Assembly (NCBI GenBank): GCA_030390025.1
Contig: CM059438.1
Location: forward strand, 55,244,001 to 55,308,000
From: Squalus acanthias
Lineage: Eukaryota
Length of the DNA: 64,000 nucleotides
Reading direction: 5' to 3'
Positions within the stretch are counted from its first letter, which is position 1; each line of letters opens with the position of its first letter. A model generated the notes under the pieces. It worked only from the letters and a program-made list of their open reading frames with translations. It made no database searches and had not been told where the DNA came from. Of the stretch, positions 1 to 12,100 are shown piece by piece. The translations under genes were made by a program, and so were the position numbers.

Positions 1-213
1 CACTGTTGTAATGTAGGAAACGCGGCAGCCAATTTGCGCACAGCAAGGTCCCACAAACAGCAATGTGATAATGACAAGATAATCAGTTTTAGTGATGTTG
101 AGTGAGGGATAAATATTGGCCAGGAAACCGGTGATAGCTCCCCTGCTCTTCTTTGAATAGTACCATGTTTACATCCACCTCAGCAGACGGGGCCTTTGTA
201 TAACATCTCATCC
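1..213 (-). mobile_element. Deu-domain SINE fragment (SacSINE1/AmnSINE1-like)
   Basis: The minus strand reads ...GAAGAGCAGGGGAGCTATCACCGGTTTCCTGGCCAATATTTATCCCTCA...CACATTGCTGTTTGTGGGACCTTGCTGTGCGCAAATTGGCTGCCGCGTTTCCTACATTACAACAGTG, matching my recollection of the shark DeuSINE body and tail. It runs off the window edge. Confidence 0.8.
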
Positions 214-339
214 ATTGAACCAGAACACCAGTTTCTGGCTCCGGAACAGTTCCAATGGAGGAACCTGTTTGGGATGGAAAACAAGGAAAGCACAAGAGGG
301 GAGAAATACGGTCACAGTCACCAAATTCCATGGCAATGT

Positions 340-560
340 CTCTGATTGTGAATTCATGGAAGTACTTAATGGTATAGAGAAAGTAAACTGGGAACAGTAC
401 GGTCAGATACAAGGCCAGGGTGTGAAGGGCAAGTTCAGGGCAGATGGTAGTAAGTATTTCTTTACAGAGACTGATGGACAGCTGGATCAGGTTACCGGGG
501 ATGGTGGTTGAGGCCAGGACACTGGGCCCCAGCATGAAGCAGCTGGTGCCAATATGGAAA
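340..560 (+). mobile_element. Highly decayed CR1-like LINE 3' end
   Basis: Weak resemblance to the CR1 ORF2 C-terminus (MEVLNGIEKVN...KGKFRADGSKYFFT, compare KFRTDVRKYFFTQR). Confidence 0.45.
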
Positions 561-859
561 TTGGGACTGGTATTCTGGAAGGATGAGCGTAAACTGGGTG
601 AAGGGCATTCTTCATCCAAACCTGTCTTGTGAATTGAATTCAGAATTAAATTATCCCTTGATATAAACTCCAGTCTCTTAAAATGTACATTTAACGGAGA
701 TAGCTGGTCTCAGCCGAGCTGGCGTCGGGACACTCTGACTGGCTGTGTTCACTAACTCCTTCAACAAGGAGATGCAGGTTGGGATTGGGGGCTTTGGGGC
801 TCCGGAAGAGGAATGCTGTCTGTGGAGAGCAGCAAGCCAGGGTCGAAGAGTGGAAATGA

Positions 860-1010
860 GGGAGACCACGAGGGTTCCTGATCCGGATTGCTATTCAGTG
901 ACCCCAGCAGGAGCATGGTCTTCAGGCGAGGGTCAGCTGTGATGCCCCCCTAACTGAACCTCACTGACTGGAACGATACCTAGCATCAGTTAGGGTCTTC
1001 AAGGGAGAAG
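860..1010 (+). mobile_element. Old SINE body fragment
   Basis: GGGTTCCTGATCCGGATTGCTATTCAGTGACCCC resembles the reverse complement of ~58170-58208 (CCAGGGTTCCTGTTCCTGACTGCCAGTGACCCTTG), which lies in a tRNA-headed SINE. Confidence 0.45.
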
Positions 1011-1070
1011 GGGAGGGCAGAACATTGGAGGCAAAGATTGACGTCAGGTGGACAGTCTGCAGAACCTTAC

Positions 1071-1185
1071 CAGTTGGCCGGTAATCTTAGATCACTGATT
1101 TTGCGCAGATCCTCCATACAGTCCAACATTGGGAAGACTTGTTTGGCGTGTCTCATGAAATAAGGAAAGAGATCGTCAACGTGAC
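1071..1185 (-). CDS. SUPV3L1: Internal exon (115 nt) of mitochondrial ATP-dependent RNA helicase SUV3
   Basis: The minus strand has acceptor ttttgttcgtag| and donor |gtaagg. The exon encodes (G)[37 protein letters not shown](W), closely matching recalled human SUPV3L1 [38 protein letters not shown]. Confidence 0.95.
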
Positions 1186-1593
1186 CTACGAACAAAATTT
1201 CATCAAATTAAATAAGTTTGTGCAAAAGAAACACAGCCTTTCCACCAAATCAGTCGAAACACCAGGACATGGAGCCAGTCCCAGGTACATTAATGAGGAC
1301 CTTTACATCTCCACTTGTGAAGCACGGGGAGGGAAACAGCGTAAATGTTTTGTTTGATTCCATTTCAGTACAAATCAAAATGTGATGGTTCTGCTGCTGA
1401 TTTTCAGTTTCTGGGTTACGTATCACTCTTCCCAGGTCCACACACATTCCTGAGCCAGAGTGAGGTGTGAGAGAGTACCAGACATACACTCCCTCACAGG
1501 CCTGCCTCCCACGTGTGAGGTGAGGAGCGTCAAGGCTGTTGGGCGGGGCGGGGCAGGGCGGGCGGAGAGAGAGCTGGGGCTGCCAGGAGGGGA

Positions 1594-2535
1594 GAACACA
1601 GGAACAGGAGGAGGCCATTCAGCCCCTCGAGCCTGTTCCGCCATTCAATGAGATCATGGCTGATCTGCAACCTAACTCCATATACCCGCCTTTGGCCCAT
1701 TTCCCTTAATACCTATGGTTAACAAAAAGCTATCAATCTCAGATTTAAAATTAACAATTGATCTAGCATCAATTGCCGTTTGCGGAAGAGAGTTCCAAAC
1801 TTCTACCACCCTTTGTGTGTAGAAGTGTTTCCTAATTTCACTCCTGAGAGGTCTGGCTCTAGTTTTTAGACTATGCTCCTAGTCCTAGAATCCCCAACCA
1901 GTGGAAATAGTTTCTCTCTATCTAGCCTATCTGTTCCCCTTAATATCCTTTAACCTTCTAAATTCTAGGGAATACAACCCTAATTTGTGTAATCTCTCCT
2001 CGTAACTTAACCCTTGGAGTCCGGGTATCATTCTGGTAAACCTACACTGCACTCCCTCCAAGGCCAGTATATCCTTCCTAAGGTGTGGTGCCCAGAACTG
2101 CTCACAGTGCTCCAGGTGTGGTCTAACCAGGGCTTTGTACAGCTGCAGCATAACTTCTACCCCCTTGTATTCTAGTCCTCTAGATATAAAGCCCAGCATT
2201 CCATTAGCCTTTTTGATTATTTTCTGTACCTGTTCATGACATTTTAATGATCTGTGTACCTGAACCCCCAAGTCTCTTTGGACCTCCACTGTTTTTAGCC
2301 TTTCACCATTTAGAAAGTACCCTGTTCTATCCTTTTTAGATCCAAAGTGAATGACCTCACCTTTGTTTACATTGAAATCCATTTGCCACAGTTTTGCCCA
2401 TTCGCTTAATCTATCAATATCCCTTTGTAATTTTATGCTTTCATCTACACTGCCTACAATGCCGCCTATCTTTGTTCAGTGGCTAATTTGGATATATGAC
2501 TTTCTATCCCATCATATGTCGTTAATAATTATTGT
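1594..2535 (-). mobile_element. CR1-clade LINE, 5'-truncated (ORF2 C-terminus plus 3' tail)
   Basis: ORF 1927-2382 (KANGMLGFISRGLEYK...LYKALVRPHLEHCEQFWAPHLRKDILALEGVQCRFTRMIPG) is typical of CR1 RT C-termini. The characteristic 3' tail is near 1600-1660. Confidence 0.92.
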
Positions 2536-2536
2536 G

Positions 2537-2645
2537 AGGGGGAAGTCGGGGCTGTGGGGGGGAGTCGGGGCTGTGGGGGGGAGGGGCAGTCGGGGGGAGT
2601 CGGGGCTGTGGGGGGGGGGGGAGAGTCGGGGCTGTGGGGGGAGGG
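2537..2645 (+). repeat. G-rich short tandem repeat (AGTCGGGGCTGTGGGGGG-like) at contig end
   Basis: About four copies of GTCGGGGCTGTGGGGG run into the gap. Confidence 0.85.
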
Positions 2646-3145
2646 NNNNNNNNNNNNNNNNNNNNNNNNNNNNNNNNNNNNNNNNNNNNNNNNNNNNNNN
2701 NNNNNNNNNNNNNNNNNNNNNNNNNNNNNNNNNNNNNNNNNNNNNNNNNNNNNNNNNNNNNNNNNNNNNNNNNNNNNNNNNNNNNNNNNNNNNNNNNNNN
2801 NNNNNNNNNNNNNNNNNNNNNNNNNNNNNNNNNNNNNNNNNNNNNNNNNNNNNNNNNNNNNNNNNNNNNNNNNNNNNNNNNNNNNNNNNNNNNNNNNNNN
2901 NNNNNNNNNNNNNNNNNNNNNNNNNNNNNNNNNNNNNNNNNNNNNNNNNNNNNNNNNNNNNNNNNNNNNNNNNNNNNNNNNNNNNNNNNNNNNNNNNNNN
3001 NNNNNNNNNNNNNNNNNNNNNNNNNNNNNNNNNNNNNNNNNNNNNNNNNNNNNNNNNNNNNNNNNNNNNNNNNNNNNNNNNNNNNNNNNNNNNNNNNNNN
3101 NNNNNNNNNNNNNNNNNNNNNNNNNNNNNNNNNNNNNNNNNNNNN
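2646..3145. other. Assembly gap (500 N)
   Basis: Exactly 500 N. The round size implies a placeholder of unknown true length. Confidence 0.99.
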
Positions 3146-6100
3146 CTCTGTCTCTCTATAGCACCGTCTCTGTCTCTCTCTATAGCACCGTCTCTGCCTC
3201 TCTCTATAGCACCGTCTCTGTCTCTCTCTATAGCACCGTCTCTGTCTCTCTCTATAGCACCGTCTCTGTCTCTCTCTCTATACCACCGTCTCTGCTCTCT
3301 CTATAGCACCGTCTCTGTCTCTCTCTATAGCACCGTCTCTGCCTCTCTCTATAGCACCGTCTCTGTCTCTCTATAGCACCGTCTCTGCCTCTCTCTATAG
3401 CACCGTCTCTGTCTCTCTCTATAGCACCGTCTCTGTCTCTCTCTATAGCACCGTCTCTGCTCTCTTATCCCACCTTCTCTGTCTCTCTCTATGCACCGTC
3501 TCTGTTCTCTCTCTCTATAGCACCGTCTCTGTCTCTCTCCATAGCTCTGTCTCTCTCTCTATAGCACCGTCTTGCCTCTCTCTATAGAACCGTCTCTGGT
3601 CTCTCTCCATAGCTCTGTCTCCTCTCAAATGCTCCGTTCTCTGGTCTCTTTCTCTTATAGCACCGTCTATGCCTCTTTAAAGCACCGTTCTGTCTCTCTC
3701 TATAGGCACCGTTCTCTGTCTCCTCTCTAAAGCCACCGTCTCTGCCTCTCTACAGCAACCGTCTCTGCCTCTCTATACAGCCCCGACTCTGCCTCTCTCT
3801 CTATAGCACCGTCTCTGTCCTCTCTCTATAGCACCGTCTCTGGCCTCTCTCTCTGTAGCACCGTCTCCTGCCTCTCTCTCTATAGCACCGTCTCTGCTCA
3901 CTCTATAGCACGTCTCTGTCTCTCTCTATTGCACGTCTCTGTCTCTCTCTATAGCACCGTCTCTGCTCTCTCTCTATAGCACCGTCTCTGTCTCTCTCTC
4001 TATAGCACCGTCTCTGTCTCTCTCTATAGCACCGTCTCTGCCTCTCTCTATAGCACCGTCTCTGTCTCTCTCTATAGCACCGTCTCTGTCTCTCTCTCTA
4101 TAGCACCGTCTCTGTCTCTCTCTATAGCACCGTCTCTGTCTCTCTCTATAGCACCGTCTCTGCCTCTCTCTCTATAGCACCGTCTCTGTCTCTCTCTATA
4201 GCACCGTCTCTGTCTCTCTCTATAGCACCGTCTCTGCTCTCTCTCTATAGCACCGTCTCTGCTCTCTCTATAGCACCGTCTCTGTCTCTCTCTATAGCAC
4301 CGTCTCTGTCTCTCTCTATAGCACCGTCTCTGTCTCTCTCTATAGCACCGTCTCTGCTCTCTCTCTATAGCACCGTCTCTGTCTCTCTCTATAGCACCGT
4401 CTCTGTCTCTCTCTATAGCACCGTCTCTGCTCTCTCTATAGCACCGTCTCTGTCTCTCTCTATAGCACCGTCTCTGTCTCTCTCTATAGCACCGTCTCTG
4501 TCTCTCTCTATAGCACCGTCTCTGCTCTCTCTCTATAGCACCGTCTCTGCTCTCTCTATAGCACCGTCTCTGTCTCTCTCTATAGCACCGTCTCTGTCTC
4601 TCTCTATAGCACCGTCTCTGTCTCTCTCTATAGCACCGTCTCTGCCTCTCTCTATAGCACCGTCTCTGCCTCTCTCTCTATAGCACCGTCTCTGCTCTCT
4701 CTCTATAGCACCGTCTCTGTCTCTCTCTATAGCACCGTCTCTGCCTCTCTCTATAGCACCGTCTCTGCCTCCTCTCTATAGCACCGTCTCTGCTCTCTCT
4801 CAATAGCACCGTCTCTGTCTCTCTCTATAGCACCGTCTCTGCCTCTCTCTATAGCACCGTCTCTGCCTCTCTCTATAGCACCGTCTCTGCCTCTCTCTAT
4901 AGCACCGTCTCTGTCTCTCTCTATAGCACCGTCTCTGCTCTCTCTCTATAGCACCGTCTCTGTCTCTCTCTATAGCACCGTCTCTGCTCTCTCTCTATAG
5001 CACCGTCTCTGTCTCTCTCTATAGCACCGTCTCTGCCTCTCTCTATAGCACCGTCTCTGCCTCTCTCTATAGCACCGTCTCTGTCTCTCTCTATAGCACC
5101 GTCTCTGTCTCTCTCTATAGCACCGTCTCTGTCTCTCTCTATAGCACCGTCTCTGTCTCTCTCTATAGCACCGTCTCTGCTCTCTCTCTATAGCACCGTC
5201 TCTGTCTCTCTCTATAGCACCGTCTCTGCTCTCTCTATAGCACCGTCTCTGCTCTCTCTATAGCACCGTCTCTGTCTCTCTCTATAGCACCGTCTCTGCC
5301 TCTCTCTATAGCACCGTCTCTGTCTCTCTCTATAGCACCGTCTCTGTCTCTCTCTATAGCACCGTCTCTGCCTCTCTCTATAGCACCGTCTCTGTCTCTC
5401 TCTATAGCACCGTCTCTGTCTCTCTCTCTATAGCACCGTCTCTGTCTCTCTCTATAGCACCGTCTCTGTCTCTCTCTATAGCACCGTCTCTGTCTCTCTC
5501 TATAGCACCGTCTCTGTCTCTCTCTATAGCACCGTCTCTGTCTCTCTCTATAGCACCGTCTCTGTCTCTCTCTATAGCACCGTCTCTGTCTCTCTCTATA
5601 GCACCGTCTCTGTCTCTCTCTATAGCACCGTCTCTGCTCTCTCTATAGCACCGTCTCTGTCTCTCTCTATAGCACCGTCTCTGTCTCTCTCTCTATAGCA
5701 CCGTCTCTGTCTCTCTCTCTTGAGCACCGTCTCTGTCTCTCTCCAGAGCACCGTCTCTGTCTCTCTCTATAGCACCGTCTCTGTCTCTCTCTCTATAGCA
5801 CCGTCTCTGTCTCTCTCTCTATAGCACCGTCTCTGCATCTCTTGAAAGCACCGTCTCTGCCTCGCTCTCTATAGCACCGTCTCTGTCTCTCTCTCTATAG
5901 CACCGTCTCTGTCTCTCTCTCTATAGCACCGTCTCTGTCTCTCTCTCTATAGCACCGTCTCTGTCTCTCTATAGCACCGTCTCTGTCTCTCTATAGCACC
6001 GTCTCTGCCTCTCTCTATCCCACCTTCTCTGTCTCTCTCTATAGCACCGTCTCTGTCTCTCTCTCTATAGCACCGTCTCTGTCTCTCTCCATAGCTCTGT

Positions 6101-9100
6101 CTCTCTCTCTATAGCACCGTCTCTGCCTCTCTCTATAGCACCGTCTCTGTCTCTCTCCATAGCTCTGTCTCTCTCAAAAGCACCGTCTCTGTCTCTTTCT
6201 CTATAGCACCGTCTCTGCCTCTCTCTAAAGCACCGTCTCTGTCTCTCTCTATAGCACCGTCTCTGTCTCTCTCTAAAGCACCGTCTCTGCCTCTCTACAG
6301 CACCGTCTCTGCCTCTCTATAGCACCGTCTCTGCCTCTCTCTCTATAGCACCGTCTCTGTCTCTCTCTATAGCACCGTCTCTGCCTCTCTCTCTGTAGCA
6401 CCGTCTCTGCCTCTCTCTCTATAGCACCGTCTCTGTGTCTCTCTATAGCACCGTCTCTGCCTCTCTCTCTATAGCACCGTCTCTCTGTCTCTCTATAGCA
6501 CCGTCTCTGCCTCTCTCTCTATAGCACCGTCTCTGTGTCTCTCTATAGCACCGTCTCTGCCTCTCTCTATAGCACCGTTTCTGCCTCTCTCTATAGCACC
6601 GTCTCTGTCGCTCTCTATAGCACCGTCTCTGCCTCTCTCTATAGCACCGTCTCTGTCTCTCTCTATAGCACCGTCTCTGCTCTCTCTCTATAGCACCGTC
6701 TCTGTCTCTCTCTATAGCACCGTCTCTGTCCTCTCTCTATAGCACCGTCTCTGACTCTCTCTATAGCACCGTCTCTGCCTCTCTCTATAGCACCGTCTCT
6801 GCCTCTCTCTATAGCACCGTCTCTGCCTCTCTCTATAGCACCGTCTCTGTCTCTCTCTCTATAGCACCGTCTCTGTCTCTCTCTCTATAGCACCGTCTCT
6901 GTCTCTCTCTATAGCACCGTCTCTGCTCTCTCTCTATAGCACCGTCTCTGCCTCTCTCTATAGCACCGTCTCTGTCTCTCTCTATAGCACCGTCTCTGTC
7001 TCTCTCTATAGCACCGTCTCTGTCTCTCTCTATAGCACCGTCTCTGCCTCTCTCTATAGCACCGTCTCTGCCTCTCTCTATAGCACCGTCTCTGTCTCTC
7101 TCTATAGCACCGTCTCTGTCTCTCTATAGCACCGTCTCTGCTCTCTCTATAGCACCGTCTCTGCCTCTCTATAGCACCGTCTCTGCCTCTCTCTATAGCA
7201 CCGTCTCTGTCTCTCTCTATAGCACCGTCTCTGTCTCTCTCTATAACACCGTCTCTGTCTCTTCTCTATAGCACCGTCTCTGTCTCTCTCTATAGCACCG
7301 TCTCTGCCTCTCTATAGCACCGTCTCTGTCTCTCTCTATAGCACCGTCTCTGTCTCTCTCTATAGCACCGTCTCTGCCTCTCTCTATAGCACCGTCTCTG
7401 TCTCTCTCTATAGCACCGTCTCTGTCTCTCTCTATAGCACCGTCTCTGTCTCTCTCTATAGCACCGTCTCTGTCTCTCTCTATAGCACCGTCTCTGTCTC
7501 TCTCTATAGCACCGTCTCTGTCTCTCTCTATAGCACCGTCTCTGTCTCTCTCTCTATAGCACCGTCTCTGTCTCTCTCTCTATAGCACCGTCTCTGTCTC
7601 TCTCTCTAGAGCACCGTCTCTGTCTCTCTCTCTATAGCACCGTCTCTGCCTCTCTCTATAGCACCGTCTCTGCTCTCTCTCTATAGCACCGTCTCTGTCT
7701 CTCTCTATAGCACCGTCTCTGTCTCTCTCTATAGCACCGTCTCTGTCTCTCTCTATAGCACCGTCTCTGTCTCTCTCTATAGCACCGTCTCTGTCTCTCT
7801 CTCTATAGCACCGTCTCTGTCTCTCTCTATAGCACCGTCTCTGTCTCTCTATAGCACCGTCTCTGCCTCTCTCTATCCCACCGTCTCTGTCTCTCTCTAT
7901 AGCACCGTCTCTGTCTCTCTCTCTATAGCACCGTCTCTGTCTCTCTCTATAGCACCGTCTCTGTCTCTCTCTCTATAGCACCGTCTCTGCCTCTCTCTAT
8001 AGCACCGTCTCTGTCTCTCTCTATAGCACCGTCTCTGTCTCTCTATAGCACCGTCTCTGTCTCTCTCTATAGCACCGTCTCTGCCTCTCTCTATCGCACC
8101 GTCTCTGTCTCTCTCTATAGCACCGTCTCTGTCTCTCTCTCTATAGCACCGTCTCTGTCTCTCTCCATAGCTCTGTCTCTCTCTCTATAGCACCGTCTCT
8201 GTCTCTCTCTATAGCACCGTCTCTGCCTCTCTCTATAGCACCGTCTCTGTCTCTCTCTATAGCACCGTCTCTGTCTCTCTCTATAGCACCGTCTCTGCTC
8301 TCTCTATAGCACCGTCTCTGCCTCTCTCTATAGCACCGTCTCTGTCTCTCTCTATAGCACCGTCTCTGTCTCTCTCTATAGCACCGTCTCTGCTCTCTCT
8401 CTATAGCACCGTCTCTGCCTCTCTCTCTATAGCACCGTCTCTGTCTCTCTCTATAGCACCGTCTCTGTCTCTCTCTATAGCACCGTCTCTGCTCTCTCTC
8501 TATAGCACCGTCTCTGCTCTCTCTATAGCACCGTCTCTGCTCTCTCTCTATAGCACCGTCTCTGCCTCTCTCTATAGCACCGTCTCTGTCTCTCTCTATA
8601 GCACCGTCTCTGTCTCTCTCTATAGCACCGTCTCTGCCTCTCTCTATAGCACCGTCTCTGTCTCTCTCTATAGCACCGTCTCTGCTCTCTCTATAGCACC
8701 GTCTCTGTCTCTCTCTATAGCACCGTCTCTGCTCTCTCTCTATAGCACCGTCTCTGTCTCTCTCTATAGCACCGTCTCTGTCTCTCTCTATAGCACCGTC
8801 TCTGTCTCTCTCTATAGCACCGTCTCTGTCTCTCTCTATAGCACCGTCTCTGTCTCTCTCTATAGCACCGTCTCTGTCTCTCTCTATAGCACCGTCTCTG
8901 TCTCTCTCTATAGCACCGTCTCTGCTCTCTCTCTATAGCACCGTCTCTGTCTCTCTCTATAGCACCGTCTCTGTCTCTCTCTATAGCACCGTCTCTGTGT
9001 CTCTAGCACCGTCTCTGCCTCTCTCTCTATAGCACCGTCTCTGCCTCTCTCTATAGCACCGTCTCTGTCTCTCTCTATAGCACCGTCTCTGTCTCTCTCT

Positions 9101-12100
9101 ATAGCACCGTCTCTGTCTCTCTCTATAGCACCGTCTCTGCCTCTCTCTATAGCACCGTCTCTGTCTCTCTCTATAGCACCGTCTCTGCCTCTCTCTATAG
9201 CACCGTCTCTGTCTCTCTCTATAGCACCGTCTCTGTCTCTCTCTATAGCACCGTCTCTGTCTCTCTCTATAGCACCGTCTCTGCCTCTCTCTATAGCACC
9301 GTCTCTGTCTCTCTCTATAGCACCGTCTCTGTCTCTCTCTATAGCACCGTCTCTGCCTCTCTCTATAGCACCGTCTCTGTCTCTCTCTATAGCACCGTCT
9401 CTGCTCTCTCTCTATAGCACCGTCTCTGTCTCTCTCTATAGCACCGTCTCTGTCTCTCTCTATAGCACCGTCTCTGACTCTCTCTCTATAGCACCGTCTC
9501 TGTCTCTCTCTATAGCACCGTCTCTGTCTCTCTCTATAGCACCGTCTCTGCTCTCTCTATAGCACCGTCTCTGTCTCTCTATAGCACCGTCTCTGTCTCT
9601 CTCTATAGCACCGTCTCTGTCCTCTCTCTATAGCACCGTCTCTGTCTCTCTCTATAGCACCGTCTCTGCTCTCTCTCTATAGCACCGTCTCTGCTCTCTC
9701 TCTATAGCACCGTCTCTGTCTCTCTCTATAGCACCGTCTCTGTCTCTCTCTCTATAGCACCGTCTCTGTCTCTCTCTCTATAGCACCGTCTCTGTCTCTC
9801 TCTATAGCACCGTCTCTGTCTCTCTCTATAGCACCGTCTCTGTCTCTCTCTATAGCACCGTCTCTGTCTCTCTCTATAGCACCGTCTCTGCCTCTCTCTA
9901 TAGCACCGTCTCTGTCTCTCTCTATAGCACCGTCTCTGTCTCTCTCTCTATAGCACCGTCTCTGTCTCTCTCTATAGCACCGTCTCTGTCTCTCTCTATA
10001 GCACCGTCTCTGCCTCTCTCTATAGCACCGTCTCTGTCTCTCTCTATAGCACCGTCTCTGCCTCTCTATAGCACCGTCTCTGTCTCTCTCTATAGCACCG
10101 TCTCTGCCTCTCTCTATAGCACCGTCTCTGTCTCTCTCTATAGCACCGTCTCTGTCTCTCTCTATAGCACCGTCTCTGTCTCTCTCTATAGCACCGTCTC
10201 TGTCTCTCTCTATAGCACCGTCTCTGTCTCTCTCTATAGCACCGTCTCTGCCTCTCTCTATAGCACCGTCTCTGTCTCTCTCTATAGCACCGTCTCTGTC
10301 TCTCTCTAAAGCACCGTCTCTGCCTCTCTACAGCACCGTCTCTGCCTCTCTCTCTATAGCACCGTCTCTGTGTCTCTCTATAGCACCGTCTCTGTCTCTC
10401 TCTATAGCACCGTCTCTGCCTCTCTCTCTATAGCACCGTCTCTGCCTCTCTCTCTATAGCACCGTCTCTGTGTCTCTATATAGCACCGTCTCTGCCTCTC
10501 TCTCTATAGCACCGTCTCTCTGTCTCTCTATAGCACCGTCTCTGCCTCTCTCTCTATAGCACCGTCTCTGCCTCTCTCTATAGCACCGTCTCTGTCTCTC
10601 TGTATAGCACCGTCTCTGTCTCTCTCTGTAGCACCGTTTCTGCCTCTCTCTATAGCACCGTCTCTGTCGCTCTCTATAGCACCGTCTCTGCCTCTCTCTA
10701 TAGCACCGTCTCTGTCTCTCTCTATAGCACCGTTTCTGCGCCTCTCTCTATAGCACCGTCTCTGTCTCTCTCTTTCGCACCGTTTCTGCCTCTCTCTATA
10801 GCACCGTTTCTGCCTCTCTCTATAGCACCGTCTCTGCCTCTCTCTCTATAGCACCGTCTCTGGCTCTCTCTATAGCACCGTCTCTGCCTCTCTCTATAGC
10901 ACCGTCTCTGCTCTCTCTCTATAGCACCGTCTCTCGCTCTCTCTCTATAGCACCGTCTCTGCCTCTCTCTATAGCACCGTCTGTCTCTCTCTATAGCACT
11001 GTCTCTGTCTCTCTCTATTGCACCGTCTCTGTCTCTCTCTTTCGCACCGTTTCTGCCTCTCTCTATAGCACCGTTTCTGCCTCTCTCTATAGCACCGTCT
11101 CTGCCTCTCTCTCTATAGCACCGTCTCTGGCTCTCTCTATAGCACCGTCTCTGCCTCTCTCTATAGCACCGTCTCTCACTCTCGCTCTATAGCACCGTCT
11201 CTCGCTCTCTCTCTATAGCACCGTCTCTGCCTCTCTCTATAGCACCGTCTGTCTCTCTCTATAGCACTGTCTCTGTCTCTCTCTATAGCACCGTCTCTGC
11301 CTCTCTCTATAGCACCGTCTGTCTCTCTCTATAGCACCGTCTCTGTCTCTCTCTATAGCACCGTCTCTGTCTCTCTATAGCACCGTCTCTGTCTCTCTCT
11401 ATAGCACCGTCTCTGCCTCTCTCTATAGCACCGTCTCTGTCTCTCTATCTCTAGAGCACCGTCTCTGTCTCTCTCTATAGCACCGTCTCTGCCTCTCTCT
11501 ATAGCACCGTCTCTGTCTCTCTATAGCACCGTCTCTGTCTCTCTCTATAGCACCGTCTCTGTCTCTCTATAGCACCGTCTCTGTCTCTCTCTATAGCACC
11601 GTCTCTGTCTCTCTCTATAGCACCGTCTCTGCCTCTCTCTATAGCACCGTCTCTGCTCTCTCTCTATAGCACCGTCTCTGTCTCTCTCTCTATAGCACCG
11701 TCTCTGCCTCTCTCTATAGCACCGTCTCTGTCTCTCTCTATAGCACCGTCTCTGCCTCTCTCTATAGCACCGTCTCTGCCTCTCTCTATCGCACCGTCTC
11801 TGCCTCTCTCTATCGCACCGTCTCTGCCTCTCTCTATCGCACCGTCTCTGCCTCTCTCTATCGCACCGTCTCTGCCTCTCTCTATCGCACCGTCTCTGCC
11901 TCTCTCTATCGCACCGTCTCTGCCTCTCTCTATCGCACCGTCTCTGCCTCTCTCTATCGCACCGTCTCTGCCTCTCTCTATATCACCGTCTCTGTCTCTC
12001 TCTATAGCACCGTCTCTGCCTCTCTCTATAGCACCGTCTCTGTCTCTCTCTCTGTAGCACCGTCTCTGTCTCTCTCTATAGCACCGTTTCTGCCTCTCTC

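Noticed and set aside
89..619. 176-aa minus-strand ORF and overlapping 98-aa plus-strand ORF
   Set aside because: They overlap SINE and decayed CR1 sequence within a SUPV3L1 intron, with no recognisable host protein.
2351..3376. Long ORFs of 175-341 aa
   Set aside because: They read through the 500-N gap and are artefacts.
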